In this document: piece after piece, positions 1 through 8,049 of the stretch
Position numbering within the stretch: the stretch's first letter is position 1
How the letters are laid out: each line of letters opens with the position of its first letter
Made by a program: the position numbers and the translations under genes
IMG/VR virus record: IMGVR_UViG_3300042731_007021
Coordinates: 1 to 64,000 of that record
DNA length: 64,000 nt
DNA from: a virus
Direction: 5' to 3' (one strand)
The notes under the pieces: generated by a model
Database searches by the model: none
What the model was told of the DNA's origin: nothing
The model's input: only the letters and a program-made list of their open reading frames with translations

Positions 1-66
<66 letters not shown>

Positions 67-271
67 ACCATAGAAAAATCGCAGTCAATCCTCCACCTAC
101 CATTAGGATTCTTAGCCATCCACTAGTATATTTATAATAAAATTCAGTGTCGTTAACGAATGGCGTTGATGCTATAAAAAAGGCTTTTAATATTCTGTAT
201 AAAGTTTTCACCACTATCTCCAATTACTCATCGCCGGATGGAAATGCAACTGTCAACTCGGACGGCAGGCG

Positions 272-490
272 TTATATTTCGCGCAAAAATGTGCGCCACC
301 ATGCAAGTTGTTGTGATCCAGGACGCGAGTCCCATTCATTCCGTTTGTTCACAAACAACTGGTCTGGCGGAGCGTATGGTTTCATTGCGTTGGCGTGTCG
401 CCACGCTCGTCTGATGCGCAACAACAATTTAATAATAATATCAACGCAAAGCACCAGCAATGCGAGATATAGCAAATCGGTTAAGTTCAC
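272..490 (-). CDS. small membrane-anchored hypothetical protein (cassette-like gene)
   Basis: 72-aa ORF with N-terminal hydrophobic helix and GGGAG RBS; stop TAA lies within GTTATAT core site at 271-277. Confidence 0.7.
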   Translation of the reverse strand: MNLTDLLYLALLVLCVDIIIKLLLRIRRAWRHANAMKPYAPPDQLFVNKRNEWDSRPGSQQLAWWRTFLREI

Positions 491-510
491 TTCCGTCTCC
501 CTTTTGCATC

Positions 511-564
511 AAATAACAATTGCTTCAAGCGACGACTCAGCTCGTCTTACGCTGAGCGTTATGC
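511..564 (+). mobile_element. attC-like recombination site B
   Basis: AAATAAC AATT GCTTCAAG CGACGA-ctcagc-TCGT CTTACGC TGAGC GTTATGC; same layout as classic short attC sites (TAAC AATT..TTCAAG...CTTA..AGC GTTA) with an extrahelical C. Confidence 0.8.
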
Positions 565-795
565 CGGGCCAATTAATTTAGTGTGGCGCGGCGGTTGTTC
601 GGCAGAGTATAAAAAACCGTCCTCGCCAAGCATCAACCCACCAGCCCCTCGCTTTGTAAATTCGCCGTGCCATTTTCCTATTTCCGGGTCACACTCAGAG
701 CAAAGCAACGGCTCGTCGTTACATTTTTTCCACCAGTACCCACACAAGGCTGTATTCTCAACATCCCCGCATTTTTCACATTTGAAAAGTGGCAT
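559..795 (-). CDS. small Cys-rich (CxxC...CxxC) hypothetical protein, cassette gene; start MPLFKCEKC
   Basis: ATG lies within the R'' box of site C and the stop within the R' box of site B; the ORF-track extension to 855 is translated attC sequence. Confidence 0.7.
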   Translation of the reverse strand: MPLFKCEKCGDVENTALCGYWWKKCNDEPLLCSECDPEIGKWHGEFTKRGAGGLMLGEDGFLYSAEQPPRHTKLIGPA

Positions 796-876
796 AACAA
801 CATGCTCCAGTTGCGACGGCCTTGCCCAGGCCTGTCGGGTTAAAATGTGCGCCACGCCTGAGCATGGCCGTTATAT
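792..876 (+). mobile_element. attC-like recombination site C
   Basis: GCATAAC AAC ATGCTCCAG ... CTGAGCAT GGCC GTTATAT; ATGCTC(C)AG pairs with CTGAGCAT leaving one extra C. Confidence 0.8.
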
Positions 877-1071
877 TTCCTTAATGCTGTCCACAGTTAT
901 AGCCCAAGGCCACCCGCGTCTACTGCCTGTTTCACCGAGCACCTTTTTAACCTTCGTTATAGCACCAGCTTTCGTTTCTGCTTTTATAGTCAGTTTTTCA
1001 GCTTCATCCCATCGCGGAAAGTAATATCCGGTGGGGTCTTTCTCTGTTGCTCTGATCGCAAATTCAAACAC
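871..1071 (-). CDS. hypothetical protein, cassette gene
   Basis: 66-aa ORF with GGAGGTG RBS; exactly fills the space between sites C and D. Confidence 0.75.
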   Translation of the reverse strand: MFEFAIRATEKDPTGYYFPRWDEAEKLTIKAETKAGAITKVKKVLGETGSRRGWPWAITVDSIKEI

Positions 1072-1087
1072 TCACCACCTCCCAAAA

Positions 1088-1145
1088 ATATAACAATGAA
1101 ATGCAATAGGTTCGCTGCGCTCCCGACTGATTTTTTCCGTTATAT
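1088..1145 (+). mobile_element. attC-like recombination site D
   Basis: ATATAAC AATG AAATGCA ...TTCGCTGCGCTC... CTGATTT TTTCC GTTATAT. Confidence 0.7.
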
Positions 1146-1382
1146 TTCAAAATCAGATTTTCGAAACCCGGCTTCTCGGAAGCCTGTAAACACACTGATG
1201 CATTGCGGGCAAGTAATTTTTTGCCCAGGAGGTGCTTTGACAGTTCCAAACGTACCGACATGAATGTACGGGTCATTTGCATCCAAACCGCACAGTGTGT
1301 CGTAATCAGTTGGGAAACAATTTATTGCATGCCAAATGACGCCATCTGATTCTCTGACTCCTATAACTCTGCTCATCCCCAC
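1140..1382 (-). CDS. small putative Zn-binding hypothetical protein (H..TLCG..ITCPQC)
   Basis: 80-aa ORF; stop within R' of site D. Confidence 0.7.
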   Translation of the reverse strand: MGMSRVIGVRESDGVIWHAINCFPTDYDTLCGLDANDPYIHVGTFGTVKAPPGQKITCPQCISVFTGFREAGFRKSDFEI

Positions 1383-1576
1383 AACTCCTTAGCTTTTTTA
1401 AGCGCTTTAATAAAGTTGTCGATGTCTTCTATGGTGCATATTGGGCAGTCTTCTCCCTCTACACCGACAATACCGACAGCCTTACCACGACGGACAATTA
1501 AATCACCTGAATCATCAAATCTGATGCCCTCAACCTCTTCGTTTACTTCTTCTCTGATGTCTATGATCATTTTCAT
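1373..1576 (-). CDS. hypothetical protein
   Basis: 67-aa ORF with GGAG RBS, coupled to the next gene. Confidence 0.7.
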   Translation of the reverse strand: MKMIIDIREEVNEEVEGIRFDDSGDLIVRRGKAVGIVGVEGEDCPICTIEDIDNFIKALKKAKELWG

Positions 1577-1598
1577 AATGCTCCGTCAACCTTAATCG

Positions 1599-1802
1599 TT
1601 ATGTGCTTTCCGCTTGAACTTCGGCGCGGGTTTTCACCAACCGGATAACATTCCTGTCCTCATCAAATTCGACCCTATCACCAAAGGCGTATTGATCACT
1701 CAGAAGGTGATTGTTTATTTCGGCCTGGTTTTCTGGCAAGTCTGGATACCGGTAGGCCCAGAATGATTCTCCGGGTATTTTTAAACGTATATTTGGGTCC
1801 AC
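1599..1802 (-). CDS. hypothetical protein, cassette-like gene
   Basis: AGGAG RBS; flanked by GTTATGT (1598) and GCCTAAC (1819). Confidence 0.7.
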   Translation of the reverse strand: MDPNIRLKIPGESFWAYRYPDLPENQAEINNHLLSDQYAFGDRVEFDEDRNVIRLVKTRAEVQAEST

Positions 1803-1818
1803 AGTATTAATCTCCTGC

Positions 1819-1924
1819 GCCTAACACGGCACACATTGACGCATTTTTACCTGGTATGTCATTCTATATCTCGCTAGTTGGCACGTTCCGCTGCGCTCTA
1901 CGCCGCACAGTTTTGATGTTCAGC
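1819..1924 (+). mobile_element. degenerate attC-like site F
   Basis: GCCTAAC ... CCGCTGCGCTC ... GTTCAGC; arms pair poorly. Confidence 0.4.
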
Positions 1925-2162
1925 GTCCACGCTTCGCTTGATATGCGTAGCATCCGAACGGTTCTCCGAGTGCCTCACTCATAGCCTTGCAGGTCGAACA
2001 CGGGCGAGTTGATACCGTGTGCATGTCTACCGATAAGACCTTTATGGCCTCAATAAGGGACGCTGAACCAGCCATTGAAGAGGAATTGCTCTCGTTGGCG
2101 TTTCGTTTAAAAGTGCAAATCGGGTCACATTCTTCACCACATTCAGGGCTACATTTACTCAT
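1920..2162 (-). CDS. Cys-rich hypothetical protein
   Basis: 80-aa ORF with GAGG RBS. Confidence 0.6.
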   Translation of the reverse strand: MSKCSPECGEECDPICTFKRNANESNSSSMAGSASLIEAIKVLSVDMHTVSTRPCSTCKAMSEALGEPFGCYAYQAKRGR

Positions 2163-2195
2163 TCCGCAATCCTCTTAATAGTGAACGTTATAGGG

Positions 2196-2495
2196 CTAAT
2201 CGGCGTATCTGGTAATCGCCCTATGTAATTCTTCCAGCCCAATGTCGGGGTTGTCATCAAGTAGTCGTTTTCGCATTTTCAGCGCATTCCGGTTAATCAA
2301 TCCATGCTCATAAGCGTCAATCGGCATCGCAATTCCGCGCTCTGTTCGTCCACTGCATACTGCCTGATCATAAGCCTCGGTTTCTTCATGGTACTGTTTA
2401 GCCAGTTCATATAATCGGCGGTCTTTTTCGGTAGGAGTGAAGTCTCCATATAACAAGGCGCTAAACTCGGACTCGTCTCTCTTCGCTGCGCTCAT
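2196..2495 (-). CDS. hypothetical protein; likely start MSAAKRDE inside attC site H
   Basis: GGAGAGGAACA-ATG at 2495, in frame with the track ORF. Confidence 0.65.
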   Translation of the reverse strand: MSAAKRDESEFSALLYGDFTPTEKDRRLYELAKQYHEETEAYDQAVCSGRTERGIAMPIDAYEHGLINRNALKMRKRLLDDNPDIGLEELHRAITRYAD

Positions 2496-2526
2496 TGTTC
2501 CTCTCCGGTTATGCCAAGCGTTATAT
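2448..2526 (+). mobile_element. attC-like recombination site H
   Basis: ATATAAC AAGG CGCTAAAC TCGGA...CTTCGCTGCGCTC...TCCG GTTATGC CAAGC GTTATAT. Confidence 0.75.
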
Positions 2527-2533
2527 TTAAAAA

Positions 2534-2815
2534 TCACACCCCTGTTCCTAACACAGCGTCAAAGCCTTCGGTCACGGCAGCTTTTACAAGGTCGTGCCCC
2601 TGCCCGTATTTGAAATAATCAGCCACCTGCTTGGTTAATTCCGTATGCACGATTTCAGTCACTTTCCCTTGCCAGTCATAGGACTCTATCACCTTCTCAA
2701 TCTCGACCTTCAGGACCTCCCCCATCTCGCTATTATGTGCACCAAGATGCGTCAAAATGGTGGACTTCATTTGTTCAACTTCTAGCCGTATGAGCGGCAT
2801 CGCTTCATGATTCAT
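2534..2815 (-). CDS. hypothetical protein
   Basis: 93-aa ORF with AGGAG RBS. Confidence 0.7.
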   Translation of the reverse strand: MNHEAMPLIRLEVEQMKSTILTHLGAHNSEMGEVLKVEIEKVIESYDWQGKVTEIVHTELTKQVADYFKYGQGHDLVKAAVTEGFDAVLGTGV

Positions 2816-2846
2816 TGTATTAATCTCCTGCGCGTTAACTCAAGCG

Positions 2847-3167
2847 CTAGTCAGCCCTCGGTCTCAGTTCGACTTCTTCAAACATCGACGTTCTGGCGAG
2901 TAACATAGCAGCAAGGTTCGCGACGTCCACCCAGTCCTCCGACTCTACGTTTTTAATGAGCCGGGTTTTTAAATCTGAATTCTCACATTGCGGAGTATTC
3001 CACCCGTTATACCCGTTTTCACGCTTCTCTTTTAATCGTTCTCGCATCTTATGTTCCGCAAAATCTACAAGTAGGCTATCTGCAACCTTGGGGTGGACGC
3101 TCGTTACAAAAGCTACCAGCAAAATATCGTCTGCTTTCTTTTTTGCTAACTCCAGCCTTTCAATCAT
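2847..3167 (-). CDS. conserved-type phage helical protein (GYNGW...C...DWVDVANLAAML), possibly MazG-like fold
   Basis: motif recognition only. Confidence 0.5.
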   Translation of the reverse strand: MIERLELAKKKADDILLVAFVTSVHPKVADSLLVDFAEHKMRERLKEKRENGYNGWNTPQCENSDLKTRLIKNVESEDWVDVANLAAMLLARTSMFEEVELRPRAD

Positions 3168-3203
3168 GTTCCTATCTCCTATTAAAATGGCTAATATACC
3201 TAT

Positions 3204-3455
3204 TCAATTGGCACCTTTCGGCCTGCCTGGTTCCAGAACCTCACATCGAATCAGCTTTTCAGCGTCCAGGGTACTTGGGTCGAACGCCACCTTGACCGAA
3301 GAGGTGGCCTTGGCCCCTGCCCTTGCGGCATAACTGTTAATGCCTTGCATGGCTATCCCTACTTCACCAGCTGGCACCGGGTAGTAAACCACAGTGCCAG
3401 CCGGCATGCGCAAAAAGTCGCCGACTGGGGGGTAGAATTGTGAAAATTTTGGCAT
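3204..3455 (-). CDS. hypothetical protein
   Basis: 83-aa ORF with AGGA RBS. Confidence 0.6.
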   Translation of the reverse strand: MPKFSQFYPPVGDFLRMPAGTVVYYPVPAGEVGIAMQGINSYAARAGAKATSSVKVAFDPSTLDAEKLIRCEVLEPGRPKGAN

Positions 3456-3490
3456 TGGATTTCCTGGTTAATTTAGGTTAATTGAAAAAT

Positions 3491-3892
3491 TCACCGCACC
3501 AACTTCACCGTCACCCGGCGAGAACCAAAAGTCGTCTTGAATATCTTCTTCAGATCGATCGGGGATAGGTATTTGCGCAGATCGGTGATACTGAACTTGG
3601 CCAGTTTATAGGCCAGGCCTTTTTCAACATCCTCCAGCATTTGGGCGGCAGTCGTAGTATTTTTTACTACGTTGGATTCAGCCTTCTTTCCGATGTTGAT
3701 CTCACATCCAGGAGCGCTCAGATTCGCCGATTCAAGCCTACCCAGTCCGCCTTTCTCAACATGTTCGACAATCAATTTGACGGCGGCGTTATAATCGGCG
3801 GTGATATGTTCAAGCTCAGTTGAAACTTTGTCTTTGGCGCTTTTCAATTCTGCAATTTCGTTCATTGCTGCGGTGTAACTCTTTACGGACAT
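3491..3892 (-). CDS. hypothetical protein with N-terminal coiled coil
   Basis: 133-aa ORF with GGAG RBS, directly downstream of a sigma70 promoter. Confidence 0.75.
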   Translation of the reverse strand: MSVKSYTAAMNEIAELKSAKDKVSTELEHITADYNAAVKLIVEHVEKGGLGRLESANLSAPGCEINIGKKAESNVVKNTTTAAQMLEDVEKGLAYKLAKFSITDLRKYLSPIDLKKIFKTTFGSRRVTVKLVR

Positions 3893-3925
3893 CTTTTTGT
3901 CTCCGGTTTGTTTATCTGAAATTGC

Positions 3926-3959
3926 AGTATAAAGATTGATGTATTATTTGTCAACAAGT
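3926..3959 (-). promoter_or_regulatory. sigma70-type promoter ACTTG-TTGACA-N17-TATACT
   Basis: near-consensus -35/-10 upstream of 3892. Confidence 0.75.
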
Positions 3960-4501
3960 TTATTCTTTCTGCTTCTTTTCGATACATGGTAGATTTTCTT
4001 CATCACTGCATCAGACATCTTAACGATATACACTTGCCACACGTGCGCCATTATCGGCAGGGAGTCTGCAGTCAGGCTTTTATTGGATCGGCGTGGCAAT
4101 ATTTTGTCAGCCTCGGCCAGGATAGGAAACTTTGCTTCATCAGGCTCAACATCTGGGGAGGCTCTCAGGTATGACTTTAATTGACTGTCGGGTATTGGAG
4201 TCTGGGGGAAGTTCCCTATAGCATCCGAGGCCTCCAATGCCATGACTGGCAACACCCGCACTACGAAATCTGACTTATGACGTATGCCGCGGCGCTTCAG
4301 AGGCTCTTGTAACTTGCTGGGCCGGGATTTACTAAACACCAGAAAAGCCATCACATCGTCACGATGCAGATTATTGTAGTCGTCTACTAAGGCATTCCAG
4401 TCGATGTCGGTGTTGACGTATTCACCAAAATCCTTAACCTTCAAGGCCTCCAGAATGTCTGTATAAAGTGGATGCTGTTTGGTTATGAATTTGAGGTTCA
4501 T
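3944..4501 (-). CDS. hypothetical protein
   Basis: 185-aa ORF overlapping its neighbour by ATGA. Confidence 0.75.
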   Translation of the reverse strand: MNLKFITKQHPLYTDILEALKVKDFGEYVNTDIDWNALVDDYNNLHRDDVMAFLVFSKSRPSKLQEPLKRRGIRHKSDFVVRVLPVMALEASDAIGNFPQTPIPDSQLKSYLRASPDVEPDEAKFPILAEADKILPRRSNKSLTADSLPIMAHVWQVYIVKMSDAVMKKIYHVSKRSRKNKLVDK

Positions 4502-4761
4502 TTAGCCTCCGAGTTGGATTCATTTTTAACCGCCCTCTCGTATTCCGACAACAAGTGTTCAAGTAACGTTTCTCCGCATCTTGGGGAGAAGAAAATCCTA
4601 TGGTCTTGCGGCATTCCACTGACGGTGAGGTCTCTTAATTTTTCAGGGCGATAGCTTTTCATTTCACCAGACTCTGACATTACTTGAAGTGGAAAATTAA
4701 ATCTGCTGTCTACCTCAACATACTCTCCGGCCAATGGCCCGCCAACGCATAAAACTTTCAT
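4498..4761 (-). CDS. hypothetical phage protein (VGGPLAG motif)
   Basis: 87-aa ORF, translationally coupled. Confidence 0.7.
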   Translation of the reverse strand: MKVLCVGGPLAGEYVEVDSRFNFPLQVMSESGEMKSYRPEKLRDLTVSGMPQDHRIFFSPRCGETLLEHLLSEYERAVKNESNSEAK

Positions 4762-5849
4762 CTCAAACTCAACTCCTCTTCAATAAATTCTTCATAAATA
4801 GTCTTGAAGTCTTCGTCCGTCGTAGCATCCGTGACCCTTGGGGACAAGTACAATATCTGCTCAGGAGTGAACCCTTTATACAACAGTTGGTCGGCGCGTT
4901 CAATTGGCATGATGGCCAGATTGTCTATCTCACACTCAAGATGCCACTGCTGCAAGGTTTTCATGACCACTGAGTTTTCAAATATATCGAATACTGGGAG
5001 GATCCACTCCGATATAAGTGATCCCCACTGGCGCAAAGACACCGACCGCATTTCCAACGGGGTGTTGGGCGCAAAGGGCGTACAGTCTTCTTCTGAATCT
5101 TCAGGTATGCTTTCAGACGACTTCTCTATGAACACCTTTTCTGAAAACCTTTGCAACTCCGGGATGGCGGCATCATTATATCCGTGCTTCAATAAATCGT
5201 TGGAGGTTATTTTCACTTTTTCAGACATAAAGGTGCCAGTCTGCTCTATTCTTACTATGCCCTCATCCTTGGGCTCTTCTCCCAGGTTTTTTCCGTTGTA
5301 TTCGGTGACGTTGTGATACCCAAAGTGGATAAATCTCCCCCTGACCGGTAGGTAAAGCAATTGAATTGTATCGGCATTGAACTGGAAGCTAGTCAGCATA
5401 CTAAGGCTTATCCGTTCTGAAACAAAGTCGACGCTATATTTCCTATGACCTATGTTATCAGTAGGAAGTGATTCCGCTATGGCGTCCTGACCAATGTCCA
5501 GATAATTGTGGTCATCACTAAAGTCCCTGTAATTAGGATCAACTTTAGACAACTTTGGCACAATAACATAATCCATTTTGTCCAGGTTCTGGTATTTCAT
5601 AGACAAAAACGGTGCCCCTGGACGAGGGGAGACCAGCCCCCTTGGCTGTTTGATATTATCATACAGGTCGGATGTGAATCTGCCATATCCAGGTTCCATA
5701 CCTTTAAGTTGCTGTCTCTCTATCATCTCGTACAAATCATCACCTATAACAACTATAGAAAGGTCTACCCAGTTTGGGTCGCATCGATGCGGATACTGCG
5801 TTATTAAGTTACGCCATTGCTTGTATAGAAGTTCAGAGTGTAGTTTCAT
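4758..5849 (-). CDS. hypothetical protein
   Basis: 363-aa ORF. Confidence 0.8.
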   Translation of the reverse strand: MKLHSELLYKQWRNLITQYPHRCDPNWVDLSIVVIGDDLYEMIERQQLKGMEPGYGRFTSDLYDNIKQPRGLVSPRPGAPFLSMKYQNLDKMDYVIVPKLSKVDPNYRDFSDDHNYLDIGQDAIAESLPTDNIGHRKYSVDFVSERISLSMLTSFQFNADTIQLLYLPVRGRFIHFGYHNVTEYNGKNLGEEPKDEGIVRIEQTGTFMSEKVKITSNDLLKHGYNDAAIPELQRFSEKVFIEKSSESIPEDSEEDCTPFAPNTPLEMRSVSLRQWGSLISEWILPVFDIFENSVVMKTLQQWHLECEIDNLAIMPIERADQLLYKGFTPEQILYLSPRVTDATTDEDFKTIYEEFIEEELSLR

Positions 5850-6558
5850 TTCCAGCTTTTCCCATAAACGGCAAATGCTTCAACACGTCATCAAATTTCA
5901 AAATCTTTTCAGCAGTAGCCGGGAAAAATTTTTCATCAACTTCTACTTTTTCTGTAATTCTGAAATCCCCCACCTTAATCGACACGCTTAATTCATATTT
6001 GTAAGGGGACATAGCCCTTTCTGTTCTGGTGCAGTAACATATTAATTCTGCATCATGAAGCAGGAATTCATATGCCACCCTGTTCTTTTCCCGGAGGTCC
6101 AACATAGCAGACATTATAAGATCCCTGGCGGGGCCGTTAAATAGTGGGCTTGAATACTCCAATGGCAGGCCGTATAACTGCGGTGAATTCCTAAGATGCC
6201 ATCGACAAAATGCATAGGCCGTTATCGGTTTAACGAAAAACGGAAACTTGCATTCAGGCTTCTCCCCTACTTCATTCATAATATAGTCTTGGTACTGAAT
6301 TTCATACAGGTCAGGGGCATCGTCTTCAGGATCCCTTGGCATAGAGCTGCGAAGATAACTCAACATGGATTTAAATTCATTCTTATATCCAGCCCCTTCA
6401 TGGACACGAATGAACGAGCATAAAGAACTCACATCAATCAATTTAAACTTTATGTCCACGTATATGGGGTTCAGCCCGGATGCTTCAAAGAAAGCCTCTG
6501 AGTCGTTTATACGGCTTCTTCTATTCGGATGGTCCCGGAGGTAATCTAGGGGGTTCAA
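5833..6558 (-). CDS. hypothetical protein
   Basis: 241-aa ORF in a tightly packed operon. Confidence 0.75.
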   Translation of the reverse strand: MNPLDYLRDHPNRRSRINDSEAFFEASGLNPIYVDIKFKLIDVSSLCSFIRVHEGAGYKNEFKSMLSYLRSSMPRDPEDDAPDLYEIQYQDYIMNEVGEKPECKFPFFVKPITAYAFCRWHLRNSPQLYGLPLEYSSPLFNGPARDLIMSAMLDLREKNRVAYEFLLHDAELICYCTRTERAMSPYKYELSVSIKVGDFRITEKVEVDEKFFPATAEKILKFDDVLKHLPFMGKAGNETTL

Positions 6559-6848
6559 TTTATCTTACCGCTCTCTGTTCCATGCAAAGCAGCCTGGCTA
6601 TCTCTCAGCCGCTTGCCCTGGATAGCGCCCGCCAACATTTCGATAAGGCCTCCGGTCACCATAGCAACATACCGGTTGCCGTCTTTATCTTTAAATTGGA
6701 TATCGACAGTTGGGTTGCCTTCCGCAGTACCCTTCCCGACGATACCAAATTCAGTAATTTCGGCGGCATTCCAACTCTCCAACTCATTGTAGTTTGGGGC
6801 TTCTTCCGGGCTGTCAAAAATCTTTATGTTTACTGCATTGGTGGACAT
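6555..6848 (-). CDS. hypothetical protein
   Basis: 97-aa ORF with GAGGA RBS. Confidence 0.7.
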   Translation of the reverse strand: MSTNAVNIKIFDSPEEAPNYNELESWNAAEITEFGIVGKGTAEGNPTVDIQFKDKDGNRYVAMVTGGLIEMLAGAIQGKRLRDSQAALHGTESGKIN

Positions 6849-6857
6849 CGTTTTTCC

Positions 6858-7250
6858 TCAAATTAAAATTAACTGGCGTGGCACGTCTCTATAATCCTCA
6901 AACATGTCACAGTTTTCAAACGGATGGTCTGGCCACCACGTATTGGACTTTTTCAAATTTTCCTCTTCAGTAATAACTTGCAGGTTCCACGGAACATGTA
7001 ATCCGCACACTATGTCGCTGCATATCGGAACAATGTGGTCCTGGTGAACCTGCTCACCGGCGTCTTTTCTACGCTTCCACTCATTACGAATCTCTTTGAA
7101 CCCTGGGTGTTCGGCGCACCAGTCAGGCCAGGCCGCATACAGTTTCTTATAATAGCGGATTGATCTCCTATAATGACTGTTGAGTGAGGAATCATTCTCA
7201 TCTTGTTTAGCCAGCCAGATAGGGTTCTGTTTCGATATTGGAGTCGCCAC
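6858..7250 (-). CDS. HNH-endonuclease-like protein
   Basis: HQDHIVPI...[23 protein letters not shown] motif. Confidence 0.8.
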   Translation of the reverse strand: MATPISKQNPIWLAKQDENDSSLNSHYRRSIRYYKKLYAAWPDWCAEHPGFKEIRNEWKRRKDAGEQVHQDHIVPICSDIVCGLHVPWNLQVITEEENLKKSNTWWPDHPFENCDMFEDYRDVPRQLILI

Positions 7251-7256
7251 AAGTAT

Positions 7257-7544
7257 TCATTTTTTCTCGAATTGTTTTCTGACTTCCTCTGCCTTGCCTT
7301 GGTTATCATTGGAATAGAATTCAGGCCTGAACTTTCTATACGGGTGATTTTTAGGTTTTCGTTTACCGGCTAAAGAGCCTGAGGGGGTGGCAGCCGCCAC
7401 CCTGGGAGAAACCCCTCGAACAATTCTCTGTCTGACCAATTCCGTCGACACCGTGCCGTGTCCTATACTGGCCAGTTCAACGTATGTCATGGCGTTCAGT
7501 TGCTCGTCAGTGTACTTGGATAGGCGTTTCTCAGCTGGGGTCAT
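7257..7544 (-). CDS. small basic, probably DNA-binding protein
   Basis: 95-aa ORF; RQRIVRGVSPRVAAATP resembles phage HTH-like motifs. Confidence 0.55.
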   Translation of the reverse strand: MTPAEKRLSKYTDEQLNAMTYVELASIGHGTVSTELVRQRIVRGVSPRVAAATPSGSLAGKRKPKNHPYRKFRPEFYSNDNQGKAEEVRKQFEKK

Positions 7545-7637
7545 TTTTCTTTGGCCTTAAAATTAAAAGGATGGCAATCCATTATTCTGTTCCTAGTTCC
7601 AGGCAGGGGAAATAGCCCCCTGCCATCGTCAACATAC

Positions 7638-8033
7638 TTACAAGCTGTTTCTCAGTTTCTTAAGGTCTTCCAACGACTTGCCTTTCAGGTCTTCGTCCTG
7701 TTTGTCCTGAATGATTTCGTCAATGCGGTTTTTAAACGCTTTGGTTTCAGCCGCCTTTTCTGCGCGTTCCTTGAACTCAAGACGCTTGGCTATAATGTAT
7801 TTAACCAAGTCCAATTTGTCTTTCAGTTCCTGGTCACCGTCGCTGGACGGCTCAACGAAGTCCTCTTCTCCGGCTTCCTTCAAGTTGGCACTGATTGTTT
7901 TAGCCACCGAATTAATAGAATACGCCCCCTTGAGCGGCATAGTCCACAAATCTTCGACGGACAGTGAGCCCTTGGAAGAAACGAAGCGAAACTTCTTCTT
8001 CGATGCGATTTCAAATAAATTGCGTTCTGACAT
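7638..8033 (-). CDS. conserved phage protein (NLFEIASKKKFRF..KG.LSVEDLW), partner of the 681-aa protein
   Basis: recognisable phage family; GGAG RBS. Confidence 0.75.
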   Translation of the reverse strand: MSERNLFEIASKKKFRFVSSKGSLSVEDLWTMPLKGAYSINSVAKTISANLKEAGEEDFVEPSSDGDQELKDKLDLVKYIIAKRLEFKERAEKAAETKAFKNRIDEIIQDKQDEDLKGKSLEDLKKLRNSL

Positions 8034-8049
8034 GGATTTTCTCCGTTGG

